Source: a virus. From it: a stretch of 64,000 nt of DNA. The notes below the pieces were generated by a model. It had not been told where the DNA came from. It worked only from the letters and a program-made list of their open reading frames with translations, and made no database searches. Shown here one piece after another: positions 18,549 through 25,369 of this stretch. The translations under genes and the position numbers were made by a program. Each line of letters starts with the position of its first letter. Position 1 is the stretch's first letter. Location of the stretch: positions 1-64,000 of IMG/VR virus record IMGVR_UViG_3300040770_000057; one strand, 5' to 3'.

Positions 18549-18977
18549 ATGATCAATTCCAATTCTTCCGCTGTTTCCACCGACTTCGCTGCTGCTTTCG
18601 GCAAGAAGTCCACTGCTGCAACGCCTGCTGCTGATCGTCCGAAGAGCCAGTTCTGGATGAACATCGGCTACACCGTTCAGGTGGACGTTCAAGAAAACGG
18701 TGTCACCACTGGCACCGAATCCAAGTTCGTGTCCTTGCCAGTTGGCATCCCACTGGACGGTATGCAGCCTCTGCCTGTGAACAGCAAGAACGAAGAGTTC
18801 GCTGCATTCCAGACTGCACGCAACGACCTGTTGAACCAGTTGAGCCAAGTTGCTACTTCGCTCAAGCCCGGTGAAGAACGCATCGTTAACTTGGAAATCC
18901 AAGTTCGCCGTGTCTCTGCTGAAGCTGCACCGATCCCTTCGGCAACCAACCCGTTCAGCCGCAAGCTGGACCTGTAA
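18549..18977 (+). CDS. early protein, unknown function
   Basis: 142 aa. CAGGAG SD. Has its own upstream motif and downstream terminator. Confidence 0.7.
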   Translation: MINSNSSAVSTDFAAAFGKKSTAATPAADRPKSQFWMNIGYTVQVDVQENGVTTGTESKFVSLPVGIPLDGMQPLPVNSKNEEFAAFQTARNDLLNQLSQVATSLKPGEERIVNLEIQVRRVSAEAAPIPSATNPFSRKLDL

Positions 18978-18986
18978 TTAAACTGT

Positions 18987-19012
18987 CCCATACCGCAAGG
19001 TATGGGCTTTTT
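18987..19012 (+). terminator. intrinsic terminator
   Basis: CCCATACC-GCAA-GGTATGGG followed by CTTTTT. Confidence 0.7.
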
Positions 19013-19152
19013 AATTGTCTTCAGATAGCTCAAACTTAGTTCTACTAAGCAGGAGCTTTCTAAAGCACAGATCCAACTTAAATCAACTTTTTGTCTGATT
19101 CAACCTAAAGGATAAATCATGAGGCGCTGACCTGAACCTTCCCAAAAAACTA

Positions 19153-19314
19153 ATGCTTTATCAGTACATCTTTAGATGTACGGTGACTGTCGCCACTACG
19201 TTCTACGAAGCAGAGAGCAGATCACCAAAACCAAATAGCCTTCGGGTAGTCAGTTTGAACGACTTAAACATCACGTACCTCGATGAACGTCATCATCGGG
19301 GCTTGGCAACGTAG
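19153..19314 (+). CDS. possible 53-aa ORF in an otherwise non-coding interval
   Basis: Manual translation MLYQYIFRCTVTVATTFYEAESRSPKPNSLRVVSLNDLNITYLDERHHRGLAT. No SD. Ends 8 nt before a terminator. Confidence 0.25.
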   Translation: MLYQYIFRCTVTVATTFYEAESRSPKPNSLRVVSLNDLNITYLDERHHRGLAT

Positions 19315-19322
19315 CCTCTAAA

Positions 19323-19351
19323 GCCACATCCCACAAAGGGTGTGGCTTTTT
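19323..19351 (+). terminator. intrinsic terminator
   Basis: GCCACA...TGTGGC stem (inner CCC/GGG) followed by TTTTT. Confidence 0.6.
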
Positions 19352-19371
19352 ATATTCAACAAGGATAGACC

Positions 19372-19683
19372 ATGCTGCAAGTAGTCAATCGACATACGCA
19401 TAAGCCTACGCTTAACGACATATATATAGGGAGAGGTAGTGCTCTAGGTAATCCTTACCCAATCACTGCTACCAGCGACAGAACACAAGTCATTGAGCTA
19501 TACCGTGTATGGCTTGATGAAAAGATTCAAGCTGATGATGAGGCTGTCTGCGATGCACTGAACCATATTGCTTATCTGTATGCCACTGGGCATTCAGTCA
19601 ATCTGGTGTGCTTTTGCTGTCCTAGAGCCTGTCATGGAGATGTGATCATTGCCGTCATCCTAGCGAAGCTAAAGATGTTTTGA
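19372..19683 (+). CDS. DUF4326-like protein
   Basis: IYIGRGSALGNPYPI and CFCCPRACHGDVI match my memory of the DUF4326 pattern. AAGGA SD. Confidence 0.65.
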   Translation: MLQVVNRHTHKPTLNDIYIGRGSALGNPYPITATSDRTQVIELYRVWLDEKIQADDEAVCDALNHIAYLYATGHSVNLVCFCCPRACHGDVIIAVILAKLKMF

Positions 19684-19745
19684 ATACGGCTAACGCTAGA
19701 CCTTTAAGTCTATAACTGACTGAATCCTAACACAAGGAACCAAAA

Positions 19746-19865
19746 ATGAAAGTACTACGCAAATTATTTAGCACGCTTTGCTGCGAGTGTAGAGAAGTAC
19801 GTGTGCTGTTTTGGAAACGCCGATGCAGCTTTTGCGACAAAGGCGAAGGCTTGGTGAAAGACTGA
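19746..19865 (+). CDS. 39-aa Cys-rich (zinc-ribbon-like) microprotein
   Basis: Manual: MKVLRKLFSTLCCECREVRVLFWKRRCSFCDKGEGLVKD. AAGGAA SD. Stop is 1 nt before the next ATG. Confidence 0.4.
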   Translation: MKVLRKLFSTLCCECREVRVLFWKRRCSFCDKGEGLVKD

Positions 19866-19866
19866 T

Positions 19867-20226
19867 ATGCAAACCCTCTATGCCATCAGGCAGAAATCTA
19901 CGGGTTACTACCTACCTGAACCAACAGGAAGAGCAGGAAGGGGAGGCTCACACACTGAGCCTGTCCCTGAATCCTGCAACAACGTCCGACTCTTCTCAAG
20001 CAGCTTGTCTGCAAAAAGAGCATTGACTTCTTGGCTACAAGGCAAGTTTGTCAATGTTATCGGATACGAACCAGAAGAGTGGGGTGGCAATGTCCGTCCT
20101 TACGTAGAAGGCATTGAAATCCAGCCCCAACCGCACCGTGTCAAAGAAGACATGGAAATCGTATCAATTCAACTTACCTTGGTGAAACAACATGATCCGA
20201 AAAGATTTGCTCCAATTACTCGCTAA
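19867..20226 (+). CDS. hypothetical protein
   Basis: 119-aa ORF; overlaps the next gene by 35 nt. Confidence 0.55.
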   Translation: MQTLYAIRQKSTGYYLPEPTGRAGRGGSHTEPVPESCNNVRLFSSSLSAKRALTSWLQGKFVNVIGYEPEEWGGNVRPYVEGIEIQPQPHRVKEDMEIVSIQLTLVKQHDPKRFAPITR

Positions 20227-20560
20227 CCACCTCCGCACAGTCAAAGCTGAAAGCTTCAATCTGGGCTTATGGAAATGTGGAACCACAGCATGTGCCATAG
20301 GTCACGCTGTCGATGTTCCTGAAATCTATGCTGAAGGACTTCGCCTAATCCCCACAGGAATTCCAGAATTTGGGTTTTTCAGGCCCGATCTGGCAAACAA
20401 GGATGTTGTTGGTGGATGGGATGCAATTGAGACTTTGTTTGAAATTGACTCCACACAATCTGCCTACCTGTTTCTCAAAGACAGGCACTGTGAGCGTGCC
20501 ACACCAACTGACGTAGCCAACCGAATTGACCAATTCATCAAGGAGAATCCCGATGCGTAA
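20192..20560 (+). CDS. tandem paralog 1 (CGTTACAIGHA family, unknown function)
   Basis: MIRKDLLQLLANHLRTV...WKCGTTACAIGHAVDVPEI. Roughly 120 aa. Confidence 0.7.
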   Translation: MIRKDLLQLLANHLRTVKAESFNLGLWKCGTTACAIGHAVDVPEIYAEGLRLIPTGIPEFGFFRPDLANKDVVGGWDAIETLFEIDSTQSAYLFLKDRHCERATPTDVANRIDQFIKENPDA

Positions 20561-20915
20561 AGATCTACTGCAACTGCTGGCGAACCACCTTCGTACAGTG
20601 CCACCTGAAAACTTTGATCTCAAAATTTGGCACTGTGGGACAACTGCTTGTGCTGTAGGCCATGCAGTCAATGTCCCTGAGATTGCTGCTGCTGGTCTAT
20701 ACATTGACTTTCCCAGAGGTGAGCCTTATGGGCAACCAAAGATGAAAGACGCACCGAACATGACCACATGGGAAACAGTCAGCAAAGTCTTTGACTTGTC
20801 TTACTGGGATGCCCTGTATCTGTTCGACAGCAATCAGTACTACTCAAAGGAAAGAACACCCACTCATGTGGCTGACCGTATCCACAAACACATCAAGGAG
20901 ACTGAAAATGCGTAA
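20553..20915 (+). CDS. tandem paralog 2
   Basis: Start at MRKDLLQLLANHLRTV (GGAG SD). WHCGTTACAVGHAVNVPEI. ATGCGTAA overlap with paralog 1. Confidence 0.7.
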   Translation: MRKDLLQLLANHLRTVPPENFDLKIWHCGTTACAVGHAVNVPEIAAAGLYIDFPRGEPYGQPKMKDAPNMTTWETVSKVFDLSYWDALYLFDSNQYYSKERTPTHVADRIHKHIKETENA

Positions 20916-21261
20916 ACGTCTATTGCTACTATTGGCTGATCACTTGAGAACAGTTGAAGAAGCTAAGTTCAATATGTCTGTATGGACCTGTAGCACTACC
21001 GCATGTGCCATTGGACATGCAGAAAACGTACCTGAAATTGTCAATGCAGGACTCGCTTTTACTACTGGCTACGATGGTGTAACCATGTACCCGCAATGTA
21101 GTAAGACAGGTAAGACTGGTATGGAGGCTGTTGCTCAAATATTCACTATTGAAGAGCACGATGTAAATTACCTGTTCTTGCCTTGGTCTTACACAAAAAA
21201 CAAAGCAACTCCATTTGAAGTGAGTGAGCGAATCGAAAGTTTCGTTGAGCAACACTCATGA
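20908..21261 (+). CDS. tandem paralog 3
   Basis: Start at MRKRLLLLLADHLRTV (GGAG SD). WTCSTTACAIGHAENVPEI. Identical ATGCGTAA overlap. Confidence 0.7.
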   Translation: MRKRLLLLLADHLRTVEEAKFNMSVWTCSTTACAIGHAENVPEIVNAGLAFTTGYDGVTMYPQCSKTGKTGMEAVAQIFTIEEHDVNYLFLPWSYTKNKATPFEVSERIESFVEQHS

Positions 21262-21440
21262 GCCTGCTCACAAAACCCTTCACTCCACTGCCACAGCCCC
21301 AAACCCGCTTGCTCATCAAGAAGCGGATCTTGGCAGTGCATCTGATGCTTCGCAGGAGCCATCCAAATGGCTATTCAGCCAAGCATTACCTAAACAGGCT
21401 ACGCCTGTTGTGTAGGTTGTACGCTGAAGCGACCACATGA
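21258..21440 (+). CDS. possible small basic protein (frame uncertain)
   Basis: ATGA overlaps at both ends favour this frame. The alternative frame 21224-21415 is also open. Confidence 0.35.
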   Translation: MSLLTKPFTPLPQPQTRLLIKKRILAVHLMLRRSHPNGYSAKHYLNRLRLLCRLYAEATT

Positions 21441-21733
21441 ACTGCAATTCTTGCGGAGCATGTTGCGTCGAGATTTCCATCACATCACCCATCCCAGGAA
21501 TGCCGCTCGGCAAGCCTGCTGGTGTGATGTGTGTGAATCTCAAGGACAACCTCTGTGCCATCTTCGGTCAACCTGACAGACCAAAGGTGTGTTCCTCATT
21601 CCAAGCTGACCCAGAAATCTGTGGCAGCAACCATCAACAAGCTGTCCAGCTAATACGCTGGTACGAAAAGGAAACCTCATGGACTGGATGCAATACCTCC
21701 ATGCACGCATGGAGTACATCAAAACTGAGTTGA
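21437..21733 (+). CDS. YkgJ-type cysteine-cluster (CxxCxxCC) protein
   Basis: MNCNSCGACC at the N-terminus plus further Cys (CVNLKDNLC, CSSF, C). Confidence 0.65.
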   Translation: MNCNSCGACCVEISITSPIPGMPLGKPAGVMCVNLKDNLCAIFGQPDRPKVCSSFQADPEICGSNHQQAVQLIRWYEKETSWTGCNTSMHAWSTSKLS

Positions 21734-21858
21734 AAGAGGGCAAAACTCCCGAAGAGATTTACCACTCACTGTCTGTCACACCAACACAAGTTGTGCTTCT
21801 ATGTATGACTGCTAAAAAGGAAAACGAAAAATGCCTACCTGCAAACACTGCGAAGTAA
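21679..21858 (+). CDS. possible 59-aa ORF (HTH-like)
   Basis: Manual: MDWMQYLHARMEYIKTELKEGKTPEEIYHSLSVTPTQVVLLCMTAKK... AAGGAAA SD. Overlaps both neighbouring genes. Confidence 0.35.
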   Translation: MDWMQYLHARMEYIKTELKEGKTPEEIYHSLSVTPTQVVLLCMTAKKENEKCLPANTAK

Positions 21859-22076
21859 GTTTTGACTGGTCAAAAATGAATGACCGTTGGGTTCCTCTCA
21901 TGCCTATCGGCACTGAGGGTGACCACCCAAGGACTCACGTTGACGACAACGGACAACTTCGCACACTGCATAACGTAGTGTGTGAAGAGCCTACTCGTAC
22001 TGTTCACATCACACCTCTGGCTCAAGCAGTGCGTGTCTGTGATCTGCCTATCAAGAAGCGAAGACTCAAGAAATGA
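21831..22076 (+). CDS. hypothetical Cys-containing protein
   Basis: 81 aa, CKHC near the N-terminus, AAGGAAAA SD. Confidence 0.6.
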   Translation: MPTCKHCEVSFDWSKMNDRWVPLMPIGTEGDHPRTHVDDNGQLRTLHNVVCEEPTRTVHITPLAQAVRVCDLPIKKRRLKK

Positions 22077-22243
22077 TCTTCAACATCTACGTGCAAAACA
22101 AGAACCATCAAGGCAAGACCCCAAAGCCTATGGTCTTTCAGGTGGATGACACCGATCACGATGCTGCTCGTCAGTATCTGGTCAGTGAACTCCAATCAGT
22201 CCCTCAACGTGTCCTCATGGAAATTCCAAAGGAAAAGCAATGA
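22073..22243 (+). CDS. hypothetical 56-aa protein
   Basis: Manual: MIFNIYVQNKNHQGKTPKPMVFQVDDTDHDAARQYLVSELQSVPQRVLMEIPKEKQ. ATGA overlaps at both ends. Confidence 0.5.
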   Translation: MIFNIYVQNKNHQGKTPKPMVFQVDDTDHDAARQYLVSELQSVPQRVLMEIPKEKQ

Positions 22244-22422
22244 TCTCTACAACTGATGTTCGGTACGAATGGCGCACTTCTCGTGGCAATGCTTCTATGG
22301 CATTCAGCGAAGAGAGCAAAGCTCGTGACTGGAAAGTCAAACAACTTGAGCAGTGGAAGGACAAGATTGTTCCGACCACACTGTACAAAATCACAGTAGA
22401 AACCAAAGTGGAGCAACTGTAA
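22240..22422 (+). CDS. hypothetical protein
   Basis: 60-aa ORF, translationally coupled on both sides. Confidence 0.55.
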   Translation: MISTTDVRYEWRTSRGNASMAFSEESKARDWKVKQLEQWKDKIVPTTLYKITVETKVEQL

Positions 22423-22613
22423 TGTTGCAACCTAAATTGGATTTACGGATTGCAACTGTTGAAATCACTCTTGAATTTACCGACAAGCCCAATCTTGTAT
22501 TTACCAAGCAATTGCTTGTAGCAGATGTGGAATGGGCTGTTGATCAATTCAAAGATGTAAACAAGGCTACCAACGCAACTTACAAAACACTCTCTGTTAA
22601 GGAAATGTCATGA
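22422..22613 (+). CDS. hypothetical protein
   Basis: Start at MLQPKLDL (TAATG overlap, GTGGAG SD) rather than the track start 22353. Confidence 0.55.
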   Translation: MLQPKLDLRIATVEITLEFTDKPNLVFTKQLLVADVEWAVDQFKDVNKATNATYKTLSVKEMS

Positions 22614-22993
22614 CCAAAATATTTGTATTCGGCAGCAATCTTGCTGGTGTTCATGGTGCTGGTGCTGCTGCATTAGCACACAGAACACTTAATGCTCAAT
22701 GGGGTGTTGGCATTGGCCGTACTGGTCAATGCTATGCCATACCAACCAAAAACCAACGCATCCGTACTCTTCCCTTGGATCGAATCAAGGAACACATCAA
22801 TGACTTCATTGAATACGCTGAACACAACCCTCTGTTGACCTTTCAGGTCACACGAATTGGTTGTGGCTTAGCTGGCTTTGATGACAAAGACATTGCACCC
22901 TTGTTCAAAGGTGCTCCAACCAACTGCGAGTTTGATCTTCAATGGCAACAATACTTGGGTCTGGAAAACAGATCCTATTGGGGCACTTACTAA
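22610..22993 (+). CDS. A1S_2505-like phage non-structural protein
   Basis: IFVFGSNLAGVHGAGAA, CYAIPTK and RIGCGLAGF match a recurrent phage family as I remember it. Confidence 0.6.
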   Translation: MTKIFVFGSNLAGVHGAGAAALAHRTLNAQWGVGIGRTGQCYAIPTKNQRIRTLPLDRIKEHINDFIEYAEHNPLLTFQVTRIGCGLAGFDDKDIAPLFKGAPTNCEFDLQWQQYLGLENRSYWGTY

Positions 22994-23013
22994 CAACACA
23001 CCAAGGAACTTTG

Positions 23014-23829
23014 ATGGAACTCATTAACCGACAAATCGAGCTTGAAGAGCTTTACGCCAAAAATCAATTGATCCCTCGGATCAAACAAGAGTTCGTCAAC
23101 GCTGTAGATCAAGGTGTGGACTTCTCCGCAAAGTTTGCTGAGATTAACATTGATCAAGCCTTTGGCTACGCAGTGTTAGTCCAGATGGCTCTTCACAAAC
23201 GTACAGATCTACCAATCTTAGTTGGTACTGTCCGTCACTTCTATCAGACTGCACAGGAAGTTGCCAACAATCTGTTGGTACTTGCTATGCATGATCTGAT
23301 TGATTGGGAACCAGAAACACAGAAGTTCGTAGTCAAGTTCACCATCTCTGATGATGTGCAACAAGAGATTGATCGCTTCCAATTTCCATTGCCTATGTTA
23401 GTAGTTCCAAAGGAACTCAAGGGCAACAAAGACTCGGGTTACCTAACCTTTAAGTCATCTGTGATCCTGAAAGACAATCACACAGAAGATGACATATGCC
23501 TTGACCACATCAACCGCATGAACAAAGTCAAACTCTGTTTGGACTTAGACACTGCAATGATGGTCAAGAACCAATGGCGATACTTGGACAGAGTTAAACC
23601 GGGTGAAACCAAGGTTGACTATGACAAACGCTGCAAAGCATTTGCTAAGTATGACAAAGACTCAAAGAGAGTTATGGAACTCATTGACACAGAAGGTGAA
23701 GGATTCTACTTAACCCACAAATATGATAAACGTGGCCGTACCTACTGTGTCGGCCATCATGTATCATACCAAGGCACACCTTGGAATAAAGCCTGTGTTC
23801 ACTTCCAAACAAAAGAAATCATCCCATGA
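23014..23829 (+). CDS. RNA polymerase II small subunit (N4 gp15-like, RNAP1)
   Basis: 271 aa from MELINRQ (AAGGAA SD). Size and position upstream of the catalytic RNAP2 match N4 gp15. No catalytic motifs are expected in this subunit. Confidence 0.7.
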   Translation: MELINRQIELEELYAKNQLIPRIKQEFVNAVDQGVDFSAKFAEINIDQAFGYAVLVQMALHKRTDLPILVGTVRHFYQTAQEVANNLLVLAMHDLIDWEPETQKFVVKFTISDDVQQEIDRFQFPLPMLVVPKELKGNKDSGYLTFKSSVILKDNHTEDDICLDHINRMNKVKLCLDLDTAMMVKNQWRYLDRVKPGETKVDYDKRCKAFAKYDKDSKRVMELIDTEGEGFYLTHKYDKRGRTYCVGHHVSYQGTPWNKACVHFQTKEIIP

Positions 23830-24326
23830 AAGATCGAATGCCTATGGGCTACTGGGGCCAATCAGCCACAGACTTAGCCATCACTCATCCACCTGAAGCT
23901 GCTAACTCAGCATCAGGCTACATACGTGTCTCACGCAACAACGTAGTGGTTTACCTACATCGTTGGTTGTGGGAGCAACTGGTTGGCCCAATACCATTGG
24001 GTCACCAGATAGATCATGAGAACGGCATTCGTACAGACTGCTTGATCAGCAATCTTCGATGTGCGCCTCAAGTCTTCAACTTGAGAAACTCAAAGAAGAG
24101 ATCTGACAATACCTCTGGTGTGGCAGGTGTTTCATTCTGGAATACCTATCAAGCTTGGCGTGCTGTAGTCATAGATCCTGTGACCAAGAAGCAAAAATCC
24201 AAAACATTTTCCGTGTCCATACATGGCAATGAAATGGCATTTGATCTAGCTTGCGATGCAAGAGAACAAATGATCGAAGCGTTGAACCAGCAAGGTGCTG
24301 GCTATACAACACGACATGGCAAATAA
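23826..24326 (+). CDS. HNH homing endonuclease with AP2-type DNA-binding domain
   Basis: HRWLWE..GHQIDHENG..DCLISNLR (HNH), plus SGVAGVSF..YQAWRAVV (AP2-like). ATGA overlap with RNAP1. Confidence 0.8.
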   Translation: MKDRMPMGYWGQSATDLAITHPPEAANSASGYIRVSRNNVVVYLHRWLWEQLVGPIPLGHQIDHENGIRTDCLISNLRCAPQVFNLRNSKKRSDNTSGVAGVSFWNTYQAWRAVVIDPVTKKQKSKTFSVSIHGNEMAFDLACDAREQMIEALNQQGAGYTTRHGK

Positions 24327-24347
24327 CCCTCAACACAAGGAAATCAT

Positions 24348-24548
24348 ATGAACCACACCGCGTTAATTCCCATTTTCCTACTCCTTTATGGAATCTGGTC
24401 CTTCATCGAAGTTATCACCTTCTCAATTTATTGGGAAATTCGCACTAAAGGCTATCAACCTGCCTACTACAAAGGAGAGACTTTAATGTCTCTTTGCCTT
24501 TGGGTGGTAGCCACAGTAGGGCTTATTTGCTATCTGCTTCTTGTATGA
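24348..24548 (+). CDS. two-TM miniprotein (family member a)
   Basis: 66 aa. IPIFLLLYGIWSFIEVITFSIYW and LCLWVVATVGLICYLLLV. AAGGAA SD. Confidence 0.6.
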   Translation: MNHTALIPIFLLLYGIWSFIEVITFSIYWEIRTKGYQPAYYKGETLMSLCLWVVATVGLICYLLLV

Positions 24549-24787
24549 CTGAATGCGAAGAGCTTGCCCAAGCTCTACTACCAAAGTACTACCAGTGGAA
24601 CTCCACACTGGAGTACGTCCGTCAGGGCCATTCAAGCGTGAAGATCAAAAACTGGGTCATGCAAAGACTCAGGGCTACTGAATCCTACGTTGTCATCGAC
24701 AACGTGACTCAAGCAATTGACAAATTGGTCTTTGACCAAGTGAAGAAAGAAAGAAATGCCCATCTCCAAACCCCAAATCACAACTGA
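24545..24787 (+). CDS. hypothetical protein
   Basis: 80 aa from MTECEEL (ATGA overlap). Confidence 0.55.
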   Translation: MTECEELAQALLPKYYQWNSTLEYVRQGHSSVKIKNWVMQRLRATESYVVIDNVTQAIDKLVFDQVKKERNAHLQTPNHN

Positions 24788-24968
24788 AAGGGTCCACTTC
24801 AGGCTGATTGACATGCCCTGCTGTCATCACCTGTTCTGTAGTGTCAACGCTCGTTGGCCATCGTTCTGTCCCCAGTGTGGAACCTCTGTGTTCCCACAAA
24901 TCCGTGGTGGAGCACTCATCAGTGATGATGATGCTCGCCTTACCTATGACCGTTCTAAACGCCCTTGA
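24756..24968 (+). CDS. zinc-ribbon-like protein
   Basis: 70 aa with CCHHLFC...CPQC. Confidence 0.5.
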   Translation: MPISKPQITTERVHFRLIDMPCCHHLFCSVNARWPSFCPQCGTSVFPQIRGGALISDDDARLTYDRSKRP

Positions 24969-24977
24969 AAGCACATC

Positions 24978-25160
24978 ATGACCTCAAACATTCTCCCCTT
25001 GGTTCTCCTTGTCCTGTACATCGCACTGACCTATTGGTCTTGCACCATCATCTACGAAGTCGGCAACGACATTCGTGCTGAACTGACCCACCTCGGTATG
25101 CTCGTCATCGCCATCTGGGTCATTGCCACAGCCGTAGGCGCTGCTTGGGCACTGTTCTAA
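24978..25160 (+). CDS. two-TM miniprotein (family member b)
   Basis: 60 aa. ILPLVLLVLYIALTYWSCTIIY and MLVIAIWVIATAVGAAWALF. Confidence 0.55.
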   Translation: MTSNILPLVLLVLYIALTYWSCTIIYEVGNDIRAELTHLGMLVIAIWVIATAVGAAWALF

Positions 25161-25178
25161 CTCACTTGGAGCACCCAC

Positions 25179-25367
25179 ATGAACATCCCACTCTGGATCC
25201 AAAACGCTCTGCTGATCGTCTATGTCCTTTTCTCAATAGAGCAGATAGTAGTCTTTTTAGTTGTGCTTACCCATAGAACAGCTAAATACAACACGCTTGG
25301 GGTTTACAAGCTATTTGCTTGGATCCTCGTGTCAGTCTTTCTAATTTCATACTACATCTGGAACTAA
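25179..25367 (+). CDS. two-TM miniprotein (family member c)
   Basis: 62 aa. LLIVYVLFSIEQIVVFLVVL and LFAWILVSVFLISYYIW. GGAG SD. Confidence 0.55.
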   Translation: MNIPLWIQNALLIVYVLFSIEQIVVFLVVLTHRTAKYNTLGVYKLFAWILVSVFLISYYIWN

Positions 25368-25369
25368 CC

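Noticed and set aside
21224-21415. Alternative 63-aa frame (GTG start) between paralog 3 and the YkgJ-like gene
   Set aside because: I cannot decide between this and 21258-21440 by eye. I chose the frame with ATGA coupling at both ends, but its Arg/Leu-rich composition is suspicious. Either or neither may be real.
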